DNA of 64,000 bases from Phycisphaeraceae bacterium (GTDB lineage: Bacteria > Planctomycetota > Phycisphaerae > Phycisphaerales > Phycisphaeraceae), in the NCBI GenBank assembly GCA_963674705.1, contig OY771506.1, positions 3,872,001 through 3,936,000 of the forward strand, given 5' to 3'. The first letter of the stretch is position 1; each line of letters begins with the position of its first letter. Below, one piece after another: positions 39,332-49,612 of the stretch. Below the pieces are notes generated by a model. It did not search any database. It was not told the origin of the DNA and saw only the letters and a list, made by a program, of their open reading frames with translations. The position numbers were made by a program, and so were the translations under genes.

Positions 39332-40214
39332 CGACGAGAGCCGGAGCATGAATGTCGGATAAAATGAACGCTCGGATTCTTTCTGCTTCCTCAAGCGACT
39401 GAGGCACTATGAATATGGAAGAACCTGAGCCTGAGACATGCACGGGCATCTCCAGACGCCTCTGATAAACGTCAAGTAATTCCCGCAGCAAGGGCGCTAC
39501 CTTGAATGCTGGTTCCGCCAGGTCGTTGAACGGCGCGTCCGCAACGAACATCTTTTGCTTTGCCAGGTTCCAAACACGTTGCGTGTCGACTTCTGCTGAA
39601 GGTTGCAGCTTATCGAAACAGTGGTAAACCTCAGCGGTAGAACACTTCACGGGCAGCGTACACAACACCAGATAGATCGGTTGCGGCAACGGCGCAGGCT
39701 CGATCATCTCACCAAACCCGCTTACGACCGCAGAGTTTGTGCCCAGTTGGGCCATGACCTGGAAGCCTACATCGCTGCCCAGTTGCATGGCCAGATCGGT
39801 CAGTGTGGCTTGATCGAGACCAAGTGAGAACAAGCGGTTCAATCCGACGAGTATTGCTGCTGAATCACTGGAACCACCACCTAATCCCGCATAGGCCGGT
39901 ATGCGCTTCTCCAGCAGCATCTCAATCGGGAGCGTTCGCCCAACATGCTGCTGCATCAATGTGTGAGCGCGATATGCAAGGTCCTTTTCCAACGGCCAGT
40001 CGATCGCGATGGATGCAGGCGCATCCTTAGCTTCACGGATCGTAAAGGAGGAAGATTCACCATCCGCTTTGCTCAGCGTCATCGTGTCACCGAAGTCGGT
40101 TGCGACCATCCAACTGCACAGCGGGTGCAACCCGGACTGCGGATCGGGCGAACCAACAGACAGCGCCAGGTTGACCTTGGCGGGGCAGAATAGGTTGAGT
40201 GTGTCGTCGGGCAT
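39315..40214 (-). CDS. ispE: 4-diphosphocytidyl-2C-methyl-D-erythritol kinase
   Basis: PAKVNLAL.V, KRIP..AGLGGGSSDSAA, LGSDV, NDL..PA, SGSGS. Start ATG 40214. Confidence 0.93.
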   Translation of the reverse strand: MPDDTLNLFCPAKVNLALSVGSPDPQSGLHPLCSWMVATDFGDTMTLSKADGESSSFTIREAKDAPASIAIDWPLEKDLAYRAHTLMQQHVGRTLPIEMLLEKRIPAYAGLGGGSSDSAAILVGLNRLFSLGLDQATLTDLAMQLGSDVGFQVMAQLGTNSAVVSGFGEMIEPAPLPQPIYLVLCTLPVKCSTAEVYHCFDKLQPSAEVDTQRVWNLAKQKMFVADAPFNDLAEPAFKVAPLLRELLDVYQRRLEMPVHVSGSGSSIFIVPQSLEEAERIRAFILSDIHAPALVVTVQN

Positions 40215-40224
40215 ACGGGTTAGT

Positions 40225-40893
40225 TTACCCGTCGTTGCTCGCGATGGCTGTGGTTTCCGGTGCGCCGGGGCCGACCTCACCGAGCATGATGCGCCCGTGC
40301 AGGTGAGACCAGAAGCGTTCGGCCTTGCGGCGGTCGCCCATCTTCACCGACCACGCGTCGATGATCTTCGCCACGATCGGCGGTAAGCCCGGCACACTAT
40401 CACGCTTGCCGACGCTTGCCAGCCAGAACATGAGGCGATATTGCTCGGGCTCATCGGCCGCTGCGTGTGCGTAGAGTGCCGCGGAGCGTTCGGCCGAGAC
40501 CTCGGCGACCTGCGCCACCGGCTCGAAGCGTGCCTGTGTCACCGCGTCCAGCAGCGAGCGTTTGTCTTCGAAGTACCGGTAGATCGAACCGACCGCGCAG
40601 TTAAGCTGCTTGGCGATTCGGCGGATGGTCGTGCCGTCGTAGCCATCCTCCGCCAGGCAGATTGCTGTGGCGTGCAGGATCTGTGCCCGGCTGAGCTGGG
40701 TCTGCGGGGCCTTGGCGGGCTTGGGCACGAGCCGACGTGTCGTGATATCCACCGCTGACGATGCGGCATCGACCGCGCGGTCGAACTTCGGGCCGATATC
40801 ATCGCTTGCGGTGGTTGTGGGTATATTGCCCGGCGCGGGGGCCACGGGCGTATGGGACGGGGACAGGGTTGTTCCATCAACATTTGTGTTCAA
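40225..40893 (-). CDS. TetR/AcrR family transcriptional regulator
   Basis: GYDGTTIRRIAKQL..AVGSIYRYF.DK HTH; AAGGAGGTG RBS before TTG. Confidence 0.88.
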   Translation of the reverse strand: MNTNVDGTTLSPSHTPVAPAPGNIPTTTASDDIGPKFDRAVDAASSAVDITTRRLVPKPAKAPQTQLSRAQILHATAICLAEDGYDGTTIRRIAKQLNCAVGSIYRYFEDKRSLLDAVTQARFEPVAQVAEVSAERSAALYAHAAADEPEQYRLMFWLASVGKRDSVPGLPPIVAKIIDAWSVKMGDRRKAERFWSHLHGRIMLGEVGPGAPETTAIASNDG

Positions 40894-41020
40894 GGTTCAC
40901 CTCCTTGTGAACAGGTGTAGTGTGGGCAATGATCGCCGAGGTGTCAAGAGCAAGGTTCACCATCGGACCCCCAGAGGTGGTTATCATGTATAGATCAAGC
41001 CAGAAAAGGGGGTTGTGGCG

Positions 41021-41671
41021 ATGGCTGATGTGAAGGCCGCTGTTGAACAAATGGTGCAAAACCAGCTCGAAGCCCGCGGCATCCGCAGCACCGCCGTGCT
41101 GAACGCCATGCGAAGCGTGCCTAGGCACCTGTTTGTCCCGGATGTCTCCATCCGCAAGGCCTACGGCGACCACGCCCTGCCCACCACCGCCGGGCAGACC
41201 ATCAGCCAACCCTATATCGTGGCCCTGATGAGCGAGTTGCTGGATGTCCAGCCGGGTATGAAGGTGCTGGAGATCGGCACGGGCAGCGGCTACCAGACGG
41301 CGATCCTTGTCAGCATGGGTGCCACCGTCATCACGATCGAACGCTACCCCGAGTTGATGGACCACGCCAAGGCCATTCTGGCGGAGGTCTGCCCCGCAGC
41401 GCCGATCCGTATGCTGTTGGCTGATGGCACGCTGGGGTATCCAGCCGACGCCCCATACGACCGCATCCTCGTCACCGCCGCGGCGCCCCACGTGCCCGCA
41501 GCCTACAAGGACCAGCTCGCAGACCTCGGCAGGATCGTGATACCGCTGGGCGATCGATACACCCAGATGCTGACGGTGATCGAACGCAGGCAAGGCATGT
41601 TGCTGGAGACGGATAGCGTGCCTTGCCGATTCGTGCCGTTGGTGGGTGAGGATGGGTGGGGGCTGGATTGA
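41021..41671 (+). CDS. pcm: Protein-L-isoaspartate O-methyltransferase
   Basis: VPRHLFV, GQTISQPYIVA.M, VLEIGTGSGYQTA, APYDRI.VTAA, FVPLVG. Confidence 0.96.
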   Translation: MADVKAAVEQMVQNQLEARGIRSTAVLNAMRSVPRHLFVPDVSIRKAYGDHALPTTAGQTISQPYIVALMSELLDVQPGMKVLEIGTGSGYQTAILVSMGATVITIERYPELMDHAKAILAEVCPAAPIRMLLADGTLGYPADAPYDRILVTAAAPHVPAAYKDQLADLGRIVIPLGDRYTQMLTVIERRQGMLLETDSVPCRFVPLVGEDGWGLD

Positions 41672-41693
41672 TGTGTGATTTGATCAAAGACAA

Positions 41694-41785
41694 TTAGCCA
41701 CAGATGAACACAGATTCGGATTGAATCAAAAGGCATGAACTTATCAGTTTCTTATCTGTGTTCATCAGAGTTCATCTGTGGCTAA
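41694..41785. repeat. TTAGCCACAGATGAACACAGAT-type inverted repeat
   Basis: Left arm TTAGCCACAGATGAACACAGAT; right arm ATCTGTGTTCATCAGAGTTCATCTGTGGCTAA; 9-nt periodicity. Confidence 0.8.
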
Positions 41786-41841
41786 ATATCAAAAAACGCG
41801 CAGGTTGATTCCTAAGCCAAGGCGCGGGAGAGTACGCCACC

Positions 41842-42528
41842 ATGGACAGGAACCTTCTTTACGGCATGTTTGTGGCTTTGTTCGCGGTGCTGGACCCGAT
41901 CGGGAATCTGCCGATCTTTGTGGACTATACGGGATCGATGCGCCGCGGCGTGCAGGTCGCGACGTCGGTGCTGATCTCCGGCGTGATTTTCATCGGGTTA
42001 GCTGTATTTCTACTGTTCGGGCAGGGGGTACTGCACTTTTTCGGGATATCGCTACCCGCGTTCCAGATCGCCGGTGGGATCGTTCTGCTGCTGATGGGTT
42101 TGAAGATGATCACCGGCAAGACACGCAGCACAGAGATCAAGGAACGGACCGAAAAGAAGAACTTTCGCACGGGCTTATTCTCGGCGTTCGACGAGGCAGG
42201 CGCACACCTCAAGGATTTTATTGTTCCGCTGGGCGTTCCTCTATTCATCGGCCCCGGTTCGCTGAGCACGGTTGTTTTGTATTCGGCCAAGTCAGATGGC
42301 AGCATTGAGATGACTTTCGCGATGCTTGGCGTGCTGCTACTTCTGAGCATCATCACCTGCGTGATCCTGTCCACATCCATGATCGTCTCCCGCGTGCTGG
42401 GCATCCACGGCCTGGAAATCGCAACAAGGATTCTCGGCTTACTGATCGCGGCGATCGGGGTACAGTTCTTCTTAAATGGGTTGGCGGCGGTGACGACGGT
42501 GTTTAATGAAGGGGCACTGGTTAGCTAG
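41842..42528 (+). CDS. MarC family membrane protein
   Basis: LFAVLDPIGNLPIF, FQIAGGIVL, IVPLG.PL..GPG, RILGLLIAAIGVQ. Confidence 0.92.
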   Translation: MDRNLLYGMFVALFAVLDPIGNLPIFVDYTGSMRRGVQVATSVLISGVIFIGLAVFLLFGQGVLHFFGISLPAFQIAGGIVLLLMGLKMITGKTRSTEIKERTEKKNFRTGLFSAFDEAGAHLKDFIVPLGVPLFIGPGSLSTVVLYSAKSDGSIEMTFAMLGVLLLLSIITCVILSTSMIVSRVLGIHGLEIATRILGLLIAAIGVQFFLNGLAAVTTVFNEGALVS

Positions 42529-42809
42529 CAGTAGTAGTTCGGTGTGGCCACCGAGACTGAATAAAGTAAACGCATGCATCCCATCATCGATTTATCGCAC
42601 AGCTTCATTAAAAATTTGATGTGACTTGCTGAAGTGCTCAATATTTCCTCTGAGGAATCCCCCATTTTATGATAGCGTCGGATTATTGAATCAGTTTTGT
42701 ATTGAATGGGCGACGGTGTGTCGATACAATACATCTAATGCTTTTTATCTCCGGAGAGATTCACGGGGCATATATGTTTTAGCAAAAACAAACGGAAGGG
42801 AGAAAGAAC

Positions 42810-43499
42810 GTGCTACAAACTCGTATTCTTATCGTCATGGCCGCGATTTTCAGCGTGATGTCTTTGGCCAATGCACCGGTCAAGGCTGCACCACTGCTTA
42901 TACTTGATAAATTCGCCACACCGCAGAGCGGTATCGGTGCGGTCACGAGTACCGCTGGGGACATCCTGGGCGGTGAGCGGGAGATTCTAAGTACAGGTAA
43001 TCCACCGGCGGTTATATCCCGAGGAGAGTTGGACTGGTTTGACCACTCTTATTACTTGTACGGGGTTAGTGGCCCACTGACCATGCGTTGGGATGGGGTT
43101 GACGACGCCGGACTTGGGGGAGTCGACCTGACAGTGGGAGGACTCGCGGATGCACTATGTTTCCGTATCAATAAGTCCAGTGGCTCGATGTTTGCGGAGT
43201 TCACAATTAAGACGACCCAAGGGGTCACTATCAAAAGTATTTGGGGATCATATGTAATTATGTTTCCCGAAACCGAAACAACGATCAATCATATGTTTCC
43301 ACTGTACTACTTTACCTTATTTCAAGAAGACGACTTTGAATTGAACAGCGTGGAAAGTATCGAATTTCGGTTTTGGAGCAACACGTTACTGGAAGAGGCA
43401 GGGATCAATATCGAAAGCATCTATCTCGTGCCTGAACCGGCAAGCATGCTTTTGCTGGGGATTGGACTGGGTGTGATTGGATTGCGTCGGCGCAGATGA
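42810..43499 (+). CDS. PEP-CTERM sorting domain protein (lower GC)
   Basis: Signal peptide; ILGGERE motif; VPEPASMLLLGIGLGVIGLRRRR. Confidence 0.85.
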   Translation: MLQTRILIVMAAIFSVMSLANAPVKAAPLLILDKFATPQSGIGAVTSTAGDILGGEREILSTGNPPAVISRGELDWFDHSYYLYGVSGPLTMRWDGVDDAGLGGVDLTVGGLADALCFRINKSSGSMFAEFTIKTTQGVTIKSIWGSYVIMFPETETTINHMFPLYYFTLFQEDDFELNSVESIEFRFWSNTLLEEAGINIESIYLVPEPASMLLLGIGLGVIGLRRRR

Positions 43500-43545
43500 A
43501 TCGAGTCATTGATTTAATTGCAGATGAACAATCAGGGATAACATC

Positions 43546-43582
43546 AAACAAAAGCCCCCGGTCAAACGGGGGCTTTTTGTTT
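43546..43582. terminator. Bidirectional intrinsic terminator
   Basis: AAAAGCCCCCG/CGGGGGCTTTTT between convergent genes. Confidence 0.8.
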
Positions 43583-43677
43583 GGTATTGTTATTCACAGG
43601 TGTTAAGCGCATCGAGAAAGCACACTTTGCCCAGCGGCACAAAGTAAGGCACCCATACATCAAGCGTGTTGTGTATG

Positions 43678-43724
43678 CATTGGCCCGGTGGGCCAATGGG
43701 TGGAATGAATTCCACCGCTAAACG
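43678..43724. repeat. Double-hairpin + GCTAAACG REP-like element, copy 1
   Basis: CATTGGCCC/GGGCCAATG then GGTGGAAT/ATTCCACC-GCTAAACG; related copy at 47088-47132. Confidence 0.6.
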
Positions 43725-43761
43725 TTGGGAGATGGGGAGTGTGTGGTGGTTATTGGGTGGG

Positions 43762-45114
43762 TTAGTTGTTGTTCAGGCGTTCGCAGGTCATGCGGTTTTG
43801 GTAGGTACCGGGGGCGTGGCCTACGGCGTCCCAGCCTCGGCCGACGGAGGTGCCGGCGAGGGTGATCCAGATGCCGGCTTGGGAGTCGGGGCGGTTATTA
43901 AAGAGTGTGAATTCGATGGCGTTTTCGGGCAGGCGCCAGCCGGCGGTGGGGGAGGGTTGGGTGCTGGCTTGGGCGGCGAAGTCTTCCAAGGTGATTCGGC
44001 CGACGGGGGTGTCGTTGTTGTAGAGGGTGATGGTGAGTGGTTCGTCGCGCTTAAGTGGGCCTTGGGCGAGTTGTTTGAATGGGCCTTTTTCGCCGGAGGA
44101 TGCTTCGACGACGCGGAAGGTGTTGTTGGCGGCGAGGTAGGCCAGTCGAGCGGGTTGACCCGTGGGGTATTCTGAGTAAGTGACTTCGATGCGGTCGTGC
44201 GGGCATGGGGAGAAGGACAGGAACAGACGTTCATGACCCTGAATGTTCAATGTGCAGTAAGAATTCAGGTGGGAGTAGATGGGGGATGAGAGGTACGTGT
44301 TTGCTTCGAGTTTGAGGATATTGTCGGTGGGCGGGTCGATGCTTAAGGTTCCCCATTGCGACCAGCCGAAGTATGTCGGCGAGTTAGCGTCAGGCAGTTT
44401 CCAGTTACTTAGCCATGGTGTGCGTGGCGATCGAGCGTATACCGGTGCGAAGATTGTCCAGCAACGGTCGGGCGAACGGCTGATGAATTGAAGCATGGGT
44501 TCGATGCCGACCAATACCGGGCCGTAGTGGATGGTGATGTTGCCATGCTGTGGGGAGAGTGCGGCGAAGTCGGCAAGGCGGATGACGTTGGGTGGGTCTT
44601 CGGTGAGTCCTTCGACGGGTTGTGGCTGTGTATTTGATGAGATGGGGTGTGTTGCTGGGGCGGCCCCGCGTTGAGATAGAGGCAAGAGGATTCCGAGCAG
44701 CAAACCTGCGGCGATCCCGGCGGATGTGGCGACGCGGTGCTTTCCGCATTTACGGTAGGAGAACCAACCGACGCAAAGCAGTAAGAAGCCGAACAGGATT
44801 GCCGGTATGGCTGGACGTCGGCCGCTGATGGGGAAGATGATCGCGCCAGCAATCGCGGCAGTGAAGTAGGTGGCGGCCATACCGGTCATGATGAAGCGTG
44901 CCAACGCGATGCGGTGTTTGCTGATGCTGTAGAGCCCAGCGATGCAGAGGGCGATGATGATCCATGGCAAGACCTGGTTCGCCCAGAAACGCGGGTGGGT
45001 GAAGGCGAAGCCGTGCGGCATGAACCACCAGCCAAAAGCTGCGGCGACGAGATGAGCGCAGAGAATGACTTTCCAGATAAAGAGCCAGCGGAGTTTGGGG
45101 GATGTGTCGGGCAA
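43762..45114 (-). CDS. Hypothetical protein: about five N-terminal TM helices plus soluble C-terminal domain
   Basis: 450-aa ORF; hydrophobic N-terminal third; no recognised motif. Confidence 0.7.
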   Translation of the reverse strand: MPDTSPKLRWLFIWKVILCAHLVAAAFGWWFMPHGFAFTHPRFWANQVLPWIIIALCIAGLYSISKHRIALARFIMTGMAATYFTAAIAGAIIFPISGRRPAIPAILFGFLLLCVGWFSYRKCGKHRVATSAGIAAGLLLGILLPLSQRGAAPATHPISSNTQPQPVEGLTEDPPNVIRLADFAALSPQHGNITIHYGPVLVGIEPMLQFISRSPDRCWTIFAPVYARSPRTPWLSNWKLPDANSPTYFGWSQWGTLSIDPPTDNILKLEANTYLSSPIYSHLNSYCTLNIQGHERLFLSFSPCPHDRIEVTYSEYPTGQPARLAYLAANNTFRVVEASSGEKGPFKQLAQGPLKRDEPLTITLYNNDTPVGRITLEDFAAQASTQPSPTAGWRLPENAIEFTLFNNRPDSQAGIWITLAGTSVGRGWDAVGHAPGTYQNRMTCERLNNN

Positions 45115-45198
45115 GGGGTAGTTCCCGGATTGTGAAAGACCTTATCTGTTGTATGTTCAATATCATCGGGTGGATCGAGAATATTACAATTGAATGCT

Positions 45199-45226
45199 AA
45201 AAAGAAAACCCCCGGCAAGCCGGGGG
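45199..45226 (-). terminator. Intrinsic terminator after ilvD
   Basis: CCCCCGGC/GCCGGGGG stem with a T-rich tail on the minus strand. Confidence 0.75.
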
Positions 45227-45256
45227 CTAAGAATTTGTGTGGATGTGGCTGGCTAC

Positions 45257-46963
45257 TTATTCGTCGGTCACGCAGCCTTCGCTGGCGGACTTGACGTTTT
45301 TGATGTACTTCCAGAGGGTGCCGCGGTTGGCTTTGTAGGGTGGTTTTTTCCAGGCGGCTTTGCGTTTGGCGAGTTCGTCATCCGAGACTTCGATCTCGAT
45401 GGTGTTCTTCTCGGCGTCGATGGTGAGGGTATCGCCATCTTTGACGAGTGCGATGGGGCCGCCTTCCTGTGCTTCGGGGGTGACGTGGCCGATGATGAAG
45501 CCGTGCGAGCCGCCGGAGAATCGGCCGTCGGTCATGAGTGCGACGTCTTTACCGAGGCCCGCGCCCATGATGGCGCTGGTGGGGGTGAGCATTTCGGGCA
45601 TGCCTGGGCCGCCGGTCGGGCCTTCGTATCGGATGACGATGACATCGCCCTTGCCGATCTTGCCGTCTTCGAGGCCCTTGAGCATGTCCTCTTCGGAGTC
45701 GTAGACACGAGCCGGGCCGGAGAATTTCAAACCTTCCTTGCCGGTGATCTTGGCGACGGCGCCGGTGGGGGCGAGGTTGCCGGTGAGGATGCGGATGTGG
45801 CCCGAAGATTTAAGGGGCTTATCCAGTGGGGCGACGACCTGCTGGCCTTCTTTCAGGTCGGGCACGTTGGCGAGGTTTTCTTTGATGGTTTTGCCGGTGA
45901 CGGTTAACTGGTCGCCGTCGATCATGCCGGCCTCCAGAAGCATCTTCATCACTGCGGGGATGCCACCGATGGTGTGGATGTCTTCCATGACGTACCTGCC
46001 GGAGGGCTTGAGGTCTGACAGCAGCGGCGTCTTGTCGGAAACCTTCTGGAAGTCCTGGATGTCGAGCTTGATGTCGAAAGCGCGAGCGATGGCGAGCAGG
46101 TGCAGGACCATGTTGGTGGAGCCGCCGAGCGCGGTGGCTGTAACCATGGCGTTTTCAAGGCTGGCGCGTGTGAGGATGTCGCGCGGCTTGAGGTCCATTT
46201 CGAGGAGTTTGTAGATCATCTTGCCGGCGGCAACGCACTCATCTGCTTTATCTTTCGAGACGGCGGGGTTGGAAGCGCTGTAAGGCAGTGACAGGCCCAT
46301 CGCTTCGATTGCGGTCGCCATGGTGTTTGCGGTGTACATGCCGCCACAGGCGCCGGCACCGGGGCAAGACTTGCGGACGATTTCCTCGCGCTGCGCTTCG
46401 GTGATCTTGCCTGCGAGGGATTCGCCGTAAGATTGGAAGGCGGAGACGACGTCGCGTGGTGTTTCTTCGTCGAGGTGGTCTTTATCGAGGAAACTCGTGC
46501 AGCCGGGCTTGATGGTGCCGCCGTAGACCATGATGGATGGACGGTTGAGCCGACCCATGGCGATGATGCAGCCGGGCATATTCTTATCGCAGCCGGGCAG
46601 GGCGACGAGCGCGTCGTACCATTGCGCGCCCATGATGGTTTCGATGGAATCGGCGATGAGGTCGCGTGACTGGAGCGAGAAGCTCATGCCATCGGTGCCC
46701 ATCGAGATACCATCGCTGACGCCAATGGTGTTGAAACGCATGCCGACCATGTTCGCTTGGGTGACGCCTTTCTTGACGTATTCAGCGAGCTCGAGCAGGT
46801 GCATGTTGCAGGGGTTGCCTTCGTACCAGACGCTGGCGATGCCGACCTGAGGCTTTTTCATATCGTCATCGGTCATGCCGGTGGCGTAGAGCATGGCCTG
46901 GCTTGCGCCCTGGCTCTTGGGTTCGGTGACGCGGGAGGAGTACTTATTGAGTTTTGCGGTCAT
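45257..46963 (-). CDS. ilvD: Dihydroxy-acid dehydratase
   Basis: [59 protein letters not shown]. Start ATG 46963. Confidence 0.97.
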   Translation of the reverse strand: MTAKLNKYSSRVTEPKSQGASQAMLYATGMTDDDMKKPQVGIASVWYEGNPCNMHLLELAEYVKKGVTQANMVGMRFNTIGVSDGISMGTDGMSFSLQSRDLIADSIETIMGAQWYDALVALPGCDKNMPGCIIAMGRLNRPSIMVYGGTIKPGCTSFLDKDHLDEETPRDVVSAFQSYGESLAGKITEAQREEIVRKSCPGAGACGGMYTANTMATAIEAMGLSLPYSASNPAVSKDKADECVAAGKMIYKLLEMDLKPRDILTRASLENAMVTATALGGSTNMVLHLLAIARAFDIKLDIQDFQKVSDKTPLLSDLKPSGRYVMEDIHTIGGIPAVMKMLLEAGMIDGDQLTVTGKTIKENLANVPDLKEGQQVVAPLDKPLKSSGHIRILTGNLAPTGAVAKITGKEGLKFSGPARVYDSEEDMLKGLEDGKIGKGDVIVIRYEGPTGGPGMPEMLTPTSAIMGAGLGKDVALMTDGRFSGGSHGFIIGHVTPEAQEGGPIALVKDGDTLTIDAEKNTIEIEVSDDELAKRKAAWKKPPYKANRGTLWKYIKNVKSASEGCVTDE

Positions 46964-47087
46964 GGTTGTTGTCCCAAATAATGCGGTTAGTTTAGCCGGG
47001 CATTGTAACAAACGTGGCGAGGGGTGGATTGAGTGTGCGGTTGGGGATTGAGAGGGGGTTGCAGGGGGAAGGGATGCGTTGGTGGGA

Positions 47088-47132
47088 TTGTCCCTGCGGA
47101 ACAAATGGCGGAACAAGTTCCGCCGCTAAACG
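47088..47132. repeat. Double-hairpin + GCTAAACG REP-like element, copy 2
   Basis: GGCGGAAC/GTTCCGCC-GCTAAACG, with compensatory changes relative to copy 1. Confidence 0.6.
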
Positions 47133-47178
47133 GGGGGAATGTATGTCAGGAAAAGCTCGGACTTCAGTTAAACCAGTG

Positions 47179-47649
47179 TCAGGACGCACGCTGGCTTATG
47201 ACTTCGCCACATTCAGGGCATGTCGTACTCTCATCCGGGCAGCCACGCAGGTCGTACCCGCAGTTCCCACAGGAGAGTGACAAGCCTTGATCGGTCAGAT
47301 CCATGAGGATCGAACGGATGCGCCGCCGAACGATCAATCGGTAGACTAACACTCCTACGGCCGGACCCGAAATCGCAACGGCGGCAAGGAACATTAATAC
47401 CAAGTATAGAAATTCTCGCGTATCGTGACCGCTGATCACACTGGTTGGGATGAGGTCCAAAATAGGATCAAATGCTACTAAGGCGATGCCAAAGCTGATT
47501 GGCCAGATTACGATTGTTGCACCCACTGCTATCCAGATCGCCCGTGATGCACGTGCGCAGTCATGCCAGACACGCTTGCGCACTTGGCGATCCAACGCTT
47601 TCAGTTCATTGATCCTGTTCCACGGATGAAAGATCGTTGAAAGCATCAA
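47179..47649 (-). CDS. Two-TM protein with C-terminal CxxCGYDLRG...CPECG zinc ribbon
   Basis: Two hydrophobic segments; CGNCGYDLRG...TCPECG. Confidence 0.8.
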   Translation of the reverse strand: MMLSTIFHPWNRINELKALDRQVRKRVWHDCARASRAIWIAVGATIVIWPISFGIALVAFDPILDLIPTSVISGHDTREFLYLVLMFLAAVAISGPAVGVLVYRLIVRRRIRSILMDLTDQGLSLSCGNCGYDLRGCPDESTTCPECGEVISQRAS

Positions 47650-47669
47650 GTACCTGAGTGTGTAAGCCT

Positions 47670-48836
47670 CTAAACGGAGAAGGAGTGACGCATCAATGCC
47701 TGGTAGACATCGGCGCCGTGGTTTAGTTGGTCGATGCTGATGTATTCGTCGCGGGTGTGGGCGCGGTCGATTTCGCCGGGACCGAGTACGATGGTGGGCA
47801 GGCCGGCGTTGGAATAGTGGCTGGCGTGGGTGGCGTAGGGGGCGCCGATGGCGAGAGTCGGTAACTCTTGTGACTGGAGCACTTCTTTGACAACGCCCAA
47901 AAACTTCTCACCGCCGGTCGGCAGTAGCGGGGGGTGTGACACGCCAACGTCGACGGCGTATTCCATATCAGGCTCGTCGGCACGGACGGAATCCAGCACT
48001 TCGATGAAAGTAGGGAGCACAGTCTTGTAGTCTTCACCCGGCACGACGCGACGGTCGATGTCGATGACACATTTATCGGGGATGATGTTCGGGGCGGTGC
48101 CACCACGGATCATGTTGACGCTGCACGCGGCGTGGCCGGTCAGTTCGTGTTCGTAAGTCAAACTCGGTATGTATTGCGACTCGATGGCGAAAAGCAGTTT
48201 GAGCATCATGGTGATCGCGCTACGGCCTTCGTGGGGAACGGAGGAATGCGCCGCCGTGCCATGAGTCGTGACTTTCCATCGGATCAGGCCGTTGTGAGCG
48301 ATGATGGGGCGAAGTTCGGTCGGTTCGCCGACGATGACGCCCTTGGGGGTGATGCCGAGTTTGGGGTAGTCGTTTTTCAGGAAGGAGACGACGCCGTGCA
48401 TACCGGCTTCTTCATCGACGCCGAAGAAGAGGGCGATGTTGTTCGGGCTGGCGCCGGCTTCTACGTATTGTTTCAAGGCCCAGAGCATGGCCGCGCCGGT
48501 GCCTTTGGTATCGCAAGCGCCCCGACCATAGAGTCGGTTGTTGCGGATATCACCGCCCAACGGATCGATGGACATATTCTCAATGGCGACGGTGTCCATG
48601 TGGCTATCGAACAGAAGCCAAGGCGCGTTATCGCTGATCTTATGTGTGACGATCAGTTGATCGGCCCGGCCTTTTAGCGGCAGCCGTTTTGTGGAGAGGT
48701 TGAATCGTTTGGCTGTTTTTTCGAGATACTCGCAGAGTTCGAGTTCGGCATCGGGTCGGCCGGAAATGCTGCTGTTGACGCTGTTGATGCGGACCATCGC
48801 CTGCAATAGCTCAGTCACGTTCGATGGAGCTGCCAT
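47670..48836 (-). CDS. M20 family (ArgE/DapE-like) deacylase
   Basis: DSHMDTV, YGRGACDTKG, DEE.G, VGEPT, AAHSS.P, GG.A.NIIP, GPG....AH..DE. Confidence 0.9.
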   Translation of the reverse strand: MAAPSNVTELLQAMVRINSVNSSISGRPDAELELCEYLEKTAKRFNLSTKRLPLKGRADQLIVTHKISDNAPWLLFDSHMDTVAIENMSIDPLGGDIRNNRLYGRGACDTKGTGAAMLWALKQYVEAGASPNNIALFFGVDEEAGMHGVVSFLKNDYPKLGITPKGVIVGEPTELRPIIAHNGLIRWKVTTHGTAAHSSVPHEGRSAITMMLKLLFAIESQYIPSLTYEHELTGHAACSVNMIRGGTAPNIIPDKCVIDIDRRVVPGEDYKTVLPTFIEVLDSVRADEPDMEYAVDVGVSHPPLLPTGGEKFLGVVKEVLQSQELPTLAIGAPYATHASHYSNAGLPTIVLGPGEIDRAHTRDEYISIDQLNHGADVYQALMRHSFSV

Positions 48837-48837
48837 C

Positions 48838-49509
48838 TTAGAAACGCCTCCGGGTTGGGTTCAGCAGCAGGTTGTCGTGGCCGGGCACGATGACGTCGGC
48901 GATCTCGATCGCTTCCATGAAGCTTTCCTGTGCCTGGTTCACATCATAGGCACCACGAAGCACGCGGCCCTGCTCGAGGTGCTCAGCGGTAGCGACGGCA
49001 TCCCCGGCGATCAGCGTGGTCGCATTGGGGTGGCTGAGCAATAACCCGCAGCAGCCGGGGGTGAAGCCGGGCAGCGGAAAGATATCTACCTGCTTGGCGA
49101 TTTTGTCCGGCGCGGGCTGGCACTTCTTCATTACAGCGATATCTTGCTCGATAAGCTTGCGTGTATCTTCGTCCTGTTCCTGCTTCAGTTGCTCGATCAG
49201 CAAAGTGCCGACCTGTTCGCGTTCGGCTTCAGCGATGAGCCAACGGGCTTTGGAGAATCCGGTGATACCCCAGCGGTGTGCCGGGCGGAAGCAGGTCAGG
49301 AAGACGTCGGTGATATCTTCAGGCCCCAGGCCGCAGCGCTCAGCAAGGCGGGCGATGATGACCTGCGGGGGCAGGCCGGGATCGACGAGGATGGTTTTAT
49401 CTTCGCTGCGCACGAGCGTGGTGGTCGCGTGGGGCGTCCGGGCGGAACCCTGGCGGTCCCAGAGTTCGTGAACGCTTAGTGCGCCGATGCTGATGATGCG
49501 GTAGTCCAT
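48838..49509 (-). CDS. Metallo-beta-lactamase-fold protein with degenerate metal motif
   Basis: ILVDPG, DITDVFLT, PG.TPG, IAGDA, IVPGHD. The HxHxDH motif is replaced by CFRPAH. Confidence 0.8.
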   Translation of the reverse strand: MDYRIISIGALSVHELWDRQGSARTPHATTTLVRSEDKTILVDPGLPPQVIIARLAERCGLGPEDITDVFLTCFRPAHRWGITGFSKARWLIAEAEREQVGTLLIEQLKQEQDEDTRKLIEQDIAVMKKCQPAPDKIAKQVDIFPLPGFTPGCCGLLLSHPNATTLIAGDAVATAEHLEQGRVLRGAYDVNQAQESFMEAIEIADVIVPGHDNLLLNPTRRRF

Positions 49510-49612
49510 GGGGGGATGGTCAATGTTCGATGGTCAAAGTTCAATCTGGAAGATACCCGGACCTTCGCTGCGCTCAGGACCGGCGTTGGGGATGGGTGCT
49601 GATCCCCAGCCC

